This document shows, piece by piece, positions 37,901 through 45,100 of a stretch of 64,000 bases of DNA (position 1 is the stretch's first letter; each line of letters opens with the position of its first letter). The translations under genes and the position numbers were made by a program. The DNA is from Thermoanaerobaculia bacterium (GTDB lineage: Bacteria; Acidobacteriota; Thermoanaerobaculia; Multivoradales; UBA5704): positions 35,914 through 99,913 of the forward strand of contig DASZZM010000026.1 in NCBI GenBank assembly GCA_035544895.1, given 5' to 3'. The notes under the pieces are model-generated. The model made no database searches. It was not told where the DNA came from and worked only from the letters and a program-made list of their open reading frames with translations.

Positions 37901-39194
37901 CCTGCGCGAGGCTTGCGCGGCCGTGGGGCCAGGCGGTTGCGTGTTCGTGGGCGACGTGCGCAGCCTGCCGCTGCTCACGGCTTTTCATGCCGCGGTACAG
38001 CTCGAGCAGGCCCCGGCAGCCCTGACCGCCCGGGAGCTGAGCCGCCGGGTGCAGGGTCGGGTTCAGCAGGAACGCGAGCTGGTCCTCGATCCGCGCTTCT
38101 TCGCTGTGCTGCGCGAGCATCTGCCGCAGATCCAAAGCGTCGTGGTCGAGCCCAGGCGCGGGCGCTACTACAACGAGCTGACCCTCTTCCGCTACGACGT
38201 GCTGCTACGCCTGGACCCGCGGCCGAGCCTGCCCGCCAGCCTGCCCTGGCGGGAGTGGGCCGAGCAGCCGCTGTCCTTGCCGGCCCTGCGTGGCCTGCTC
38301 GCCCGCGAGGCGCCCTCGGTGCTGGCGCTCGCCGGAGTTCCCAACGCCCGGCTCGCCGCCGCGACCGCAGCGCTGGAGTGGCTGGAGCGGGGCGGCCCCG
38401 AGCGGCCCGTGGGCGAGCTGCGCGCACATCTCGCACGCGGCGAGGGCGGAGGGATCGATCCCGAAGAGCTCTGGCGGCTGGAAGAAGAGGTGCCCTACCG
38501 GGTTGACGTGCGTTGGGCGGCCCACGGCCCCGAAGGCCGGTTCGACGTGGTGCTCCGCCGCCGCGGAGGACCCTGGGATGGGCTGCCCGATCCGGTCGAG
38601 CTCCACCGCGGCGGCGCCGGCCGGAGCGAGGCGGCGGCAGGGACGTGGAGCCCCTACGCCACCCGGCCGCTCGCCGGCAGGTCGGACCGCGCGCTCGCCG
38701 CCGCGCTGCGCGCTTTCCTGCGGCGCAAGCTTCCCGGCTACATGGTGCCCTCGGCGGTCGTCGTCCTCGGCGAGCTGCCGTTGACGGCCACCGGCAAGGT
38801 CGACCGCGCGGCGCTGCCGGATGCGGACCCCTCGGCCAGGGAGCGGCCGGCAAGGTTCGTGGCGCCGCGCACGCCGATCGAGGAGGCGGTGGCCGCCATC
38901 TGGCGCGAGGTCCTCGGCCTCGCGCGCGTCGGCGTCGAGGACGACTTCTTCGCCCTCGGCGGCCACTCTCTGCTGGCCGGCCGGCTGATCGCACGCCTGC
39001 GCGCCGCCTTCGGGATCGAGATCGAGCTTTCCGTCCTTCTCGACCGGCCCACGGTCGGCGCCATGGCGGCGGCGGTGGCGGCGGCGCTGGCCCGGCTGGA
39101 GGAGACCGGCCTGGACGAGCTGCTCGACAGCCTCGAGGGCATGGCCGAGGCGGAGGCCGAACGCTTGCTCGCCGAGACGGGGGGCGCGCCATGA
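25965..39194 (+). CDS. Non-ribosomal peptide synthetase 1 (4409 aa). Domain order T-C-A-T-C-A-T-E-C-A(MT)-T.
   Basis: Carrier motifs: GYGLDSLAAVEL, FFAMGGHSLLATRL, FFALGGDSITSLQV, FFALGGHSLLAGRL. C-domain HHxxxDG motifs: HHIAADLWS, HHIVADGWS, HHHLLLDGWS. A-domain cores: YTSGSTGRPKGV three times, each followed by A10 PLxxxGK. Epimerisation motif HHLAVDAVSW. An N-methyltransferase-like insert (VLEIGCGTGLLL) lies between the last A-domain core motifs. C-terminal docking tail. Confidence 0.95.
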   Translation: MPTPATLLAMDPGERLPALISYLRQQAARALRLGPEAVDPRRPLTGYGLDSLAAVELGFAVQTDLGIDLPYYELLEGSTLAELAGQLLARLAAEERPVSEPPAPPPGASQPEGPAGAGRADRAGRADRSQVPANDAGEPLSHGQKALWFLHRLAPQSPAYTIAVALRVRGTPAGTPLASVLGRALAALANRHESLRGCFAVSAGEPVHRLGEGVAPALEVIDARGWDAARLRRRLNDEAWRPFDLAEGPLLRARLFTGGPGEAVLLFAIHHIAADLWSLAIVARELGALCSGEPLAPVAASYGDWVRRQQERLAGAEGERLWEYWRRRLGGELPVLELPADRPRPATQSFLGAVRSRRLAESAEGAHRLAGAAAAHRATLHSLLAAVYLALLHRYTGQADILIGTPAAGRGAADLAGVVGYFVNPVVVRADLAGNPTFGELFAQAREAMLAALAHQDFPFPLLAERLRPERDPGRSPLLQTVFALQRAPVQGPPELAAVALGEDGVRFRAGALELESVALETPFSQFDLALSAAEISGSPSLGLGLTAQYATDLFDGATMDRLLGHFAALLAGAAADPRARVWEVPLLDEAERRQLAAWSGAGERHAVRGSLHGRWEICARRRPDAVALAWEDESVSYGEFDRLGNRLARRLLAAGVEPGSRVGLAAGRGVGLVTGILGILKAGCAYVPLDPSYPRERLAWVLEDAAAAALVSEPEALAELPAWPGRVLPLLPAADAADPPKQQSGRGKAGPGGEREAGAAASPAVAAGPEWPAYVIYTSGSTGRPKGVVVTHGNVLRLLAATPGWFAFGEHDVWTLLHSFAFDFSVWELWGALLHGGRLAVAPFAVSRSPARLAELVERERVTVLNQTPAEFAALQPIALENRPADLTSLRWVILGGEALDTRMLQGWWRRHGASSPGLVNLYGTTEATVYQTYRRLGEAEILGRPGSAGASVIGVPLPDLRVWVLDGWGEPQPAGVAGELYVGGAGVSQGYLGRPDLTAWRFVPDRFGAEAGARLYRTGDLVRWRGSGELEYLGRIDRQIKLRGFRIELGEIEAALLEQPGVEAAVVVVREDPPAPGRDPANPTSAGRRLVAYAVAREGTDFAALRGRLRARLPEHMVPSAFVRLAALPLGPGGKVDRRALPAPAPSGGGEAAGEEPAGGPRTLPARLLQGIWEELFGVDRVSADDDFFAMGGHSLLATRLASRVRDVLGLEMPVALVFRAPTLGGLAAALERELLDDQPPALLPLSRRGAQAGAPPASFAQERLWFLDRLEPGSPLYNLPAAVSLAGPLVPAAFEHAVAEVVRRHEALRTRFREVAGRPVQVIEPIAPADPAAAAPSSSHARPAPRGPHGPLAPLALFSMVDLAGLPRGAAESEAGRLAGEEARRPFALDRGPLLRCRLLRLAPRRHTFLLTLHHIVADGWSMGLLLREVAAFYRLRTGDEPRDGPAGLPEPPLQYADFAVWQREWLRGDALEVRLAHFQKALRGVPVLALPADRPRPAVADHGGRRRPVALPPPLAASLRALCRRAGATPFMALLAAFQAVLAAHAGQEDFAVGVPVAGRTALQTEAVIGLFANTVVLRADLAGDPSFLALLARVRAAALGAYTHQDLPFEKVVEALAPDRDLSRSPLFQVMFALADFPAAAPELPGIDVRVVEVEARVAKFELTLELAEAGGGFSGSLEYSSALFDAATASRMADHFVNLLGAMVAAPERPLSLASWLGAGEHHQVLYEWSGSPAPAPLAPLAPLAPQAPETGIDKAADTILGAFAAQAARSPDAIAVHGHGVELSFGCLARRAGCLAGRLREMGVGQETVVGVLLPGSIDLAVSLVAVLAAGGAYLPLDPAQPAARNASHLADAGAPWLLTRGAPPPLPGWHGAVVDVRERPLPPGVRAHGAPATHEESTQCMPDLGSGTDPNQLAYVIYTSGTTGRPKGVAVPHRALLRLALAAAEHYRLGPGDRVLQFASPAFDVAAEELFSSWLAGATVVLSPPGAPESIADFARHLAAEAVTLANLPASFWHAWVAELADAPPPRSLRRIVVGSERVAPARLAAWRARLADRVQIDNAYGVTEATVTTAVHDTLAPGPAPLTTVPVGRPLPGSAVLLLGRALAAVPAGAPGELAIAGEGLARGYLGRPDLTAERFVPHPFAAVPGARLFLTGDLARHRRDGTLEIIGRRDRQVKVRGVRIEPEEVEAALESHPRIGRAVVAVRPGPEAAEAGRLVAWTVARGAAAPSAAELRSFLAARLPEAMLPAAFVALAELPLTAGGKPDRAALPDPGRPEPPAGPAAPRTLPETAETAEAALAEVWARVLGLERVGVDESFFALGGDSITSLQVISGARAAGLQITVHQLFQNPTVASLAAVAGRLPEAQALAVDPAEDPQPAGSFPLTPIQRWYFAEDQPDPHHFNQSLLLEPREPLSLPRLAGALAGLVERHAALRLRFAREDGEWRQSLASAPLPALPAINGGALLAVVDLAALPSGPRPRALAAAAAEAQASLDLGSGLLFRAVLFRAARPEDTAEDSAEERLLVIAHHLAVDAVSWSILLEDLAAGYRLRVAPRPASTPFWAWARLLGAHAGSAAVRAELAWWLAAAPRQVAPLPVDFPGGDPSEARARIVTVELPAAETVALLRDGGPPPLHAEDVLLAALARAVAGWTEERRIWIDLEGHGREDIFPHVDLSRTVGWFTTLFPVLLDAAPAASPGAALKAVKQRLRTLPARGIGYGLLRYLSGLSYATALAAVPRPEISFNYLGQLGRLAGGEGADGLFAAALPSGPERSPRARRTHLLEVRAVLLEGRLRLDWTYSATLHARATIERLAGSMLAELRALIAHCRSAGGAVWTPADFPLARLDQDALDRLLGGDREVEDLYPLSPVQQGMLFHTRQAPRSGSYVEQVGWTFAGPIDAMAWRQAWLWVTARHPILRTAFLETLDEPLQLVRPRAEPEWRCEDWSGLAPARQAELLASRLCGDRERGFDLARASLQRFALIELGGGRRQFLWSHHHLLLDGWSVGVVLAEVLAAYEALSRGRAPALPPVRPFRDYIAWLATRDARADQDFWRAQLAGFSVPTSLGIDLPSARDAAVPRDGDLERDAWGSRRRLLAAPLSAELRATARRRGWTPGMLVHAAWALLLARHAGDSDVVFGGVVSGRDETLPGAESLVGLLINTLPVRAELPASGQHAASAWLDAFQARLFDIRQHQATPLPEIQGASGVPRHLPLFESIVAFENYPLDRTLREWQAGTRIEGLFSADRTHYPLILIAALEDLLSLNLLFARRRFADSAVERLAGHLATLLGALAANPDQPLAELPLLTAAERHQALWEHNDSAAAWPAAACVHELVAAQAAKTPEAVAVHGGGETVSYGELLARSGRLARHLARLGVGPEVPVGICAGRSPALLVGLLAVLEAGGAFVPLDPSHPRERLAYLLADSAAGVVLTERALLDRLPAHGARVVLLDFAAPAAPASAAAPAAAEWAGEATADAGVALPRLDPENLAYVIYTSGSTGRPKGVEVRHRGAVNYLAAMAARPGFGPGDVMLAATTLSFDPAVTELLLPLTVGARIELVGEKTARDAALLAAAIEAAGATCVQATPSSWTLLVEGGWPGRPGLRALCGGEALPRALADKLLPRVAELWNVYGPTETTVWASLLPVGPGEGAVPLGRPLANAALYLLERKAGGASLGPLGPAAPLNTLAELAIGGEGLARAYHRRPDLTAERFVPDPFGAAGSRLYRTGDLARRLPGGELEFLGRGDHQVKIRGFRIELGEIEAVLGQHPLIAAAAVVARQDSPGDSRLVAYVAPTHAARRGTPAESPAESLPELQAEHLARWREVYDRIYGQDATAPRAAGAPAADPELDTAGWESSTAGERISSGEMREQVEQTAARVLALAPRSVLEIGCGTGLLLDRVAPHCARYHATDLSRKAVERVRRRLRGKDLPQVSFEVREAHDFSRIENGSFDAVVLNSVVQYFPGADYLLRVLREACAAVGPGGCVFVGDVRSLPLLTAFHAAVQLEQAPAALTARELSRRVQGRVQQERELVLDPRFFAVLREHLPQIQSVVVEPRRGRYYNELTLFRYDVLLRLDPRPSLPASLPWREWAEQPLSLPALRGLLAREAPSVLALAGVPNARLAAATAALEWLERGGPERPVGELRAHLARGEGGGIDPEELWRLEEEVPYRVDVRWAAHGPEGRFDVVLRRRGGPWDGLPDPVELHRGGAGRSEAAAGTWSPYATRPLAGRSDRALAAALRAFLRRKLPGYMVPSAVVVLGELPLTATGKVDRAALPDADPSARERPARFVAPRTPIEEAVAAIWREVLGLARVGVEDDFFALGGHSLLAGRLIARLRAAFGIEIELSVLLDRPTVGAMAAAVAAALARLEETGLDELLDSLEGMAEAEAERLLAETGGAP

Positions 39195-42100
39195 GCGGTG
39201 GGAGGGCCGACCGGCTGGCGCGGCTCGAGAAGCTGTCGCCGGCCAAGCAGGCCCTGCTGGCGCGCGCGCTGCGCGAGCGCGCGGCGCGGCAGCAGGGCGG
39301 CGCCATTCCGCGCCGCCCCGGCTCCGAGCGCGGCGGGCGCGGCGGGAGCAGCCCGGCGCCGCTGTCGTTCGGACAGCAGCGGCTGTGGCTGGAGCGGCAG
39401 ATGAGCCCGGACAGCCCGGTTTACAACCTGCCGGTCGCGGTCCGCATCGAAGGGAGGCTCGACGCGCGGGCCCTGGCGGCGGCGCTCTCGGAGGTGGTGC
39501 GCCGCCACGAGGTGTTGCGCAGCGGGATCGAGCGCCGGGGCGAGGAGCTGGTGCAGGTCGTCGCGCCGGCGGCTGCCGTGCCGCTGGCGCTGGCCGACCT
39601 GTCGGGCCTGCCCGCCAGCGGCCGGCAGGCGGAGGTGGCGCGGCTCGGAGCCGACCATGCCCGGCGGCTCTTCGACCTCTCCCGTCCGCCCCTCGTGCGC
39701 GCCGCCCTGCTCGCGCTCGGCGGCGACGAGCACCGGCTGCTCCTTGCCCTGCATCACATCGCCGCCGACGGGTGGTCGAGCGCCATCCTGGTGCGCGAGC
39801 TCGGAGAGCTGTACGCCGCCCGCGCGGCCGGCCGGCCTTCGCCGCTGGGCGAGCTGCCGATCCAGTACGCCGACTGGGCCGCCTGGCAGCGCGGGCGGCT
39901 CGCGGGCGAGCTTCTGGCGGCCGAGCTCGATTACTGGCGCGAGCGCCTGGCGGGCCTGCCGCCGCTCGAGCTCCCGGCCGATCGGCCGCGGCCGCCGGCG
40001 GCAAGCTTCCGCGGCCGGCGCCGGGAGCGGCTCCTGGCGCCGCGGCTGCACGGCGCGCTGGCGGACCTGTCGCGCCGGCAGGGGGCGACCATGTTCATGA
40101 CCCTGGCCGCCGGCTTCGCCGCCCTGCTCGGCCGCTGGACCGGCCAGGACGACCTGGCGGTGGGCACGCCGGTCGCGGGCCGCACTCGCCTCGAGACCGA
40201 AGGGCTGATCGGGTTCTTCGTCAATATCCTGGTGCTGCGGGCGGACCTCGCCGGCAGCCCTTCTTTCACCCAGCTCCTGTCGCGGCTGCGCGCCACGGTA
40301 GCGGCTGCACACGCCCACCAGGAGCTTCCTTTCGAGCGCCTGGTCGAGGAGCTCGCCCCGGCTCGCGATCCGGGCGGCCATCCCCTGGTGCAGGCCATCC
40401 TCGCTCTGCACAACGCCGCGCGCGAGCAGCTGGCGCTGCCGGGCCTGGCCCTGACGCTCTTGGAGACCGACACCGGTACGGCGAAGCTCGACCTCGCCCT
40501 GGAGATCGTCGAGCAGCCGGAGGGCGGGCTCGCCGCCGGGCTGGAGGTGGCCAGCGACCTCTTCGACGCCACCACTGCCGCGCGCCTGCTCGGTCATTTC
40601 GAGGCGCTTCTCGCCGGGGCCGCCGCGGCGCCCGCAATGCCGTTGCGCGATCTTCCGTTGCTCGGCGCGGCCGAGATCCACCAGCTCGTGCGGGAGCACA
40701 ACGACACGCGGAGCGCCTATCCGCGGGACTCCGCGGTGGCCGAGCTGTTCGCAGAGTGGGCGCGCGCGGCGCCACAGGCGCCTGCGGTGCTGGCCGAGGG
40801 GAGGGAGCCGTGGAGCTACGGCAGGCTCGCGGCGGAGTCGCACCGCCTCGCCTGGCACCTGCGCTCGCTCGGGGTCGAGCGGGAGTCGCGGGTAGGGGTG
40901 TCGATGGAGCGTTCGCCGGAGCTGATCGCGGCGCTGCTCGCGATCCTCCAGGCGGGCGGAGCCTACGTTCCACTCGACCCCGGTTACCCGGACTCCCGGC
41001 TGCGATTCATGTTGCAGGACACCGGGACACGGCTCCTGCTCGTCCATGAGCCGACGCGGCAGCGACTGGCCGCGCTGGAGTGGCCGGACGGCGCGCCGCC
41101 GGTCCGGCTCCTATGTGTGGATGCGGAGCGCGAGGTGATCGCCGGCCGCGGCAGCGCGCCGCCGCCGCGAAGCCCTGTCTCCGCGGGTGCCGAGGGGCTG
41201 GCTTACGTCCTCTACACCTCCGGCTCGACCGGGCAGCCGAAGGGAGTGGCGGTGCCGCACCGTGCGATCGCGCGGCTGGTGCGAGGCACGAATTACGTCC
41301 GGCTGGGGCCGGCGGACCGGGTGGCGCACCTGTCGAACATCAGCTTCGACGCCGCGACGTTCGAGATCTGGGGGGCGCTGGCCAACGGCGGAGCTACGGT
41401 GGTAATCGAGCGCGAGGCGGTGCTGTCGCCAGCGCGCCTGGCGGCGCGGTTGCGCGAGGCGGCAGTGACCGCGATGTTCCTCACCGCCGCCTTGTTCGAC
41501 CAGGTGGTTGGCGAGCAGCCGGCGGCTTTCTCCGCGCTGCGCCATCTGCTGGTGGGGGGCGATGCCCTGGACCCGCAGTCGGTGGCGCGGGCCCTCGCCG
41601 CGGGGCCGCCGGAGCGGCTGCTCAACGGCTACGGGCCGACCGAGAGCACGACGTTCGCGGTCTGGCACGAGGTGAGGCACGTCCCGCCCGGATCGCTCTC
41701 GGTGCCCATCGGCCGGCCGCTTGCCAACACGACCGCTCACGTGGTTGACCGGCGAGGCGAGCTGGCATCGACGGGTCAGGTCGGCGAGCTCTGGCTGGGC
41801 GGAGACGGGCTGGCGCGCGGGTATCTCGGCCGGCCGGACCTGACCGCGGAGAGGTTCGTGCCCGACCGCTGGAGCCGGGAGCCGGGAGGGCGGCTCTACC
41901 GCACGGGCGACCTGGCGCGCCGGCGCTGGGACGGGGTGATCGACTGCCTGGGGAGGATCGATCAGCAGGTCAAGATCCGAGGGTTCCGTGTCGAGCCCGG
42001 GGAAATCGAAGCGGTGCTTGCCGCCTGCCCGGGAGTGCGCGACTGCGCCGTGGTGGCGCGCCTGCAAGTCAGTTCCCCGGCGCATCCGATCACCTCCCCG

Positions 42101-45100
42101 GCGCCTCCGATCCGATCCCCGGCGCTGGTGGCCTACGTCGTCGCCGCGCCCGCGGCGGGGCTGCGCGAGGCCTTGGTGTGGGAGCACCTGAGGCGGTCGC
42201 TTCCCGGGTACATGCTGCCCGTGGCTTGCCGCTTCGTCGAGTCGTTGCCGCTGACGCCCAACGCCAAGCTGGACCGGGCGGCGCTGGCCGCGCTGGACCC
42301 GCTGGACCTGCTGGAAATCACCGCGGGGCCGCCGGCGCAAGACTACGCGGCGCCGCGCGACCCGATCGAGGAGCTGCTGGCCGGCATCTGGGAGAAGGTG
42401 CTGGGGATCGACCGCATCGGCGTCCGGGACGACTTCTTCGTTCTCGGCGGGCACTCGTTGCTGGCGGCGCGGCTGGCGGCGCGGGTGCACCAGGTCTTCG
42501 GGATCGACCTGCCCCTGCGCACCCTGTTCGAGACGCCGACCGTGGCGGGCGTGGCCGCCGCCATCCGCGCCACCCTGGCCACTCGCTCCCCCCGCTCCGA
42601 CACCGTTTCCGGGGTCCAACCGCCGGCGCCCATCCCACGCGCCGGCCGCGGCGAGGGCGGCCCGCGGCCGCTGTCCTTCGGCCAGCAGCGTCTCTGGTTC
42701 ATCTATCAGATGAACCCCCGGAGCGCGGCCTACAACCTGCTGGTCGCCCTGCTGCTGGCCGGCGCTCTGGATCGCCGCGCCCTCGCCGCCGCCCTGGCGG
42801 AGGTCGTGCGCCGCCATGAAGTCCTGCGCACCGCCATCGTGGCCGAGGGGGGACCGGCGGGAGCGGCGCAGCGGCTGACGCCGCCCCCCGCCCCCCGCCT
42901 TCCCGTGGTCGACCTGTCGGGGCTGGCCGAGCCGGTTGCCGGCGCCGAGTCCCTGCGGCTCGCGGCCGCGGAAGCGCTGCAGCCGTTCGACCTGGGCCGC
43001 CCGCCGCTGCTGCGCGCCGCTCTCCTCGCGCTCGCCGCGCCCGCCGATGGGCCCGCCGGTGGGTCAGCCGGCGGCGGGCCACCCCGGCACCTGCTCGTCC
43101 TCACCCTCCACCACATCGCGGCGGACGGCTGGTCGAGCGCCATCCTGGTCCGCGAAACGGCGGCGCTCTACGCGGCCTTCGCGGCGGGCCGGCAATCGCC
43201 CCTGCCCGAGCCGCCGCTGCAATACGCCGATTGGGCCGCCTGGCAGCGCGGCCGCCTGAGCGGAGAGCTCCTGGCCTCCCAGCTCGCCTGGTGGCGGCAG
43301 CGCCTGGCCGGGCTGCCGGATCTCCGCCTGCCGGCCGACCGGCCGCGTCCGGCGGTCGAGAGCTTCCGCGGCCTGCGGCGCTCGCGCTTGCTGCCGGCCG
43401 GGGCGAGCGCACGGCTCGACGAGCTGTCGCGGCGCCAGGGGGCGACCCTGTTCATGACCCTGGCCGCGGCGTTCGCGGCGGTTCTCCGGCGCCTGGGCGG
43501 CGAGGAAGACTTCGGCCTCGGCACGCCGATCGCCGGCCGCACCCGGATGGAGACGGAGGGGCTGATCGGCTTCTTCGTCAACACCCTGGTCCTGCGCTTC
43601 GACGTGCCTGGAGACCCGGCGTTTTCCCGGCTGCTCGCTCACGCGCGGGAGGCGCTGCTCGAGGGCTACTCGCACCAGGACCTGCCCTTCGAGCGGCTGG
43701 TCGAGGAGCTCGCCCCCCGGCGCGACCTCTCCCGCCAGCCGCTGGTCCAGGCCTTCGTGGTCCTGCAGAACACACCCCGCGAGCCGCTCGCCCTGCCCGG
43801 GCTGACCGCGACCGAGCTCGCGGTCGACAACCGGACGGCGAAAACCGATCTGACCCTCGACGTCGCTCGCGCGGGCGGCGGCCTGCGCGCGGAGCTCGAG
43901 GCCAACCACGACCTCTTCGACGCCGCCACCGCGGCCCGGATGCTCTCCCATCTCGAGACCCTGCTCGCCGCCGCGGCCGCCGACCCCGAACAGCCGCTGT
44001 CGCGCCTGCCGCTGCTCAGCGCGGCGGAACGCCACCAGATGATCGTCGAGTGGGGTGGGCTCGCCGAAGCGCGGGCGCCTGCCGGATGGACCCTGCACAA
44101 CGCTTTCGAGTCTCGGGCGCGGCTCTCCCCCGCCGCCCTCGCCCTCTCCTGCGCGGGGGAGCAGGTGAGCTATGGCGAGCTCGACGCCCGCGCCAATCGG
44201 CTGGCGCGCCACCTGCGCAGCCTCGGCGCCGGGCCGGAGGTGCGGGTCGGCCTCTGCCTCGCGCGCTCGGCCGAGACGGTGGTCGCGCTGCTTGCCGTCC
44301 TCAAGGCGGGCGGAGCCTATCTGCCGCTCGACCCGGACTATCCGCGCGAGCGGCTGGCCCTTCTCCTCGCGGATGCCGCCGCCCCGCTGGTCGTCACCCG
44401 CTCCAACCTCGCCGGCCTGCTGCCAGCGGCCGGTCCGCTCCAGATCCTGCTCGACCGCGATGCCGAGGCGATCGCGCGCCAGCCATCCGGCCCCCTGCCG
44501 CCCGCGGCCGGCCCCGATCATGCTGCCTACGTGATCTATACCTCCGGCTCGACCGGGCGCCCCAAGGGCGTCGTCGTCACCCATCGCAACGTCGCCCGCC
44601 TGTTCATCGCGGCCGCGCCCTGGCTCGAGCTAGCCGGCGACGACGTCTGGACCTTGTTCCACTCCTTTGCCTTCGACTTCTCGGTCTGGGAGATCTGGGG
44701 CGCCCTCCTCCACGGCGGCCGTCTGGTCGTCGTCCCTTACTGGGCAAGCCGCTCTCCCGACACCTTCCGCGGACTGCTGCGCGACGAGCAGGTAACGGTG
44801 CTCAACCAGACCCCCTCGGCCTTCCGCCAGCTGGTCGAAGCCGAGGAAAGGGTGGTGCCGGCGCCGACGGGTCCCTACCCGGCGGTTCGATCGGGCGCGC
44901 TGGGTCCCTACCCAGCGATTCAATCGGATGCGCCGGGTCCCTACCCGGCGCTGCGCCTCATCCTCTTCGGGGGCGAGAGTCTCGATCCCCGCCACCTGCG
45001 CACGTGGTTCGCGCGCCATGGCGACCGGCGTCCCCGCCTGTTCAACCTGTATGGGATCACCGAGACCACCGTGCACGTCACCTGCCGTCCGCTCGCCGCG

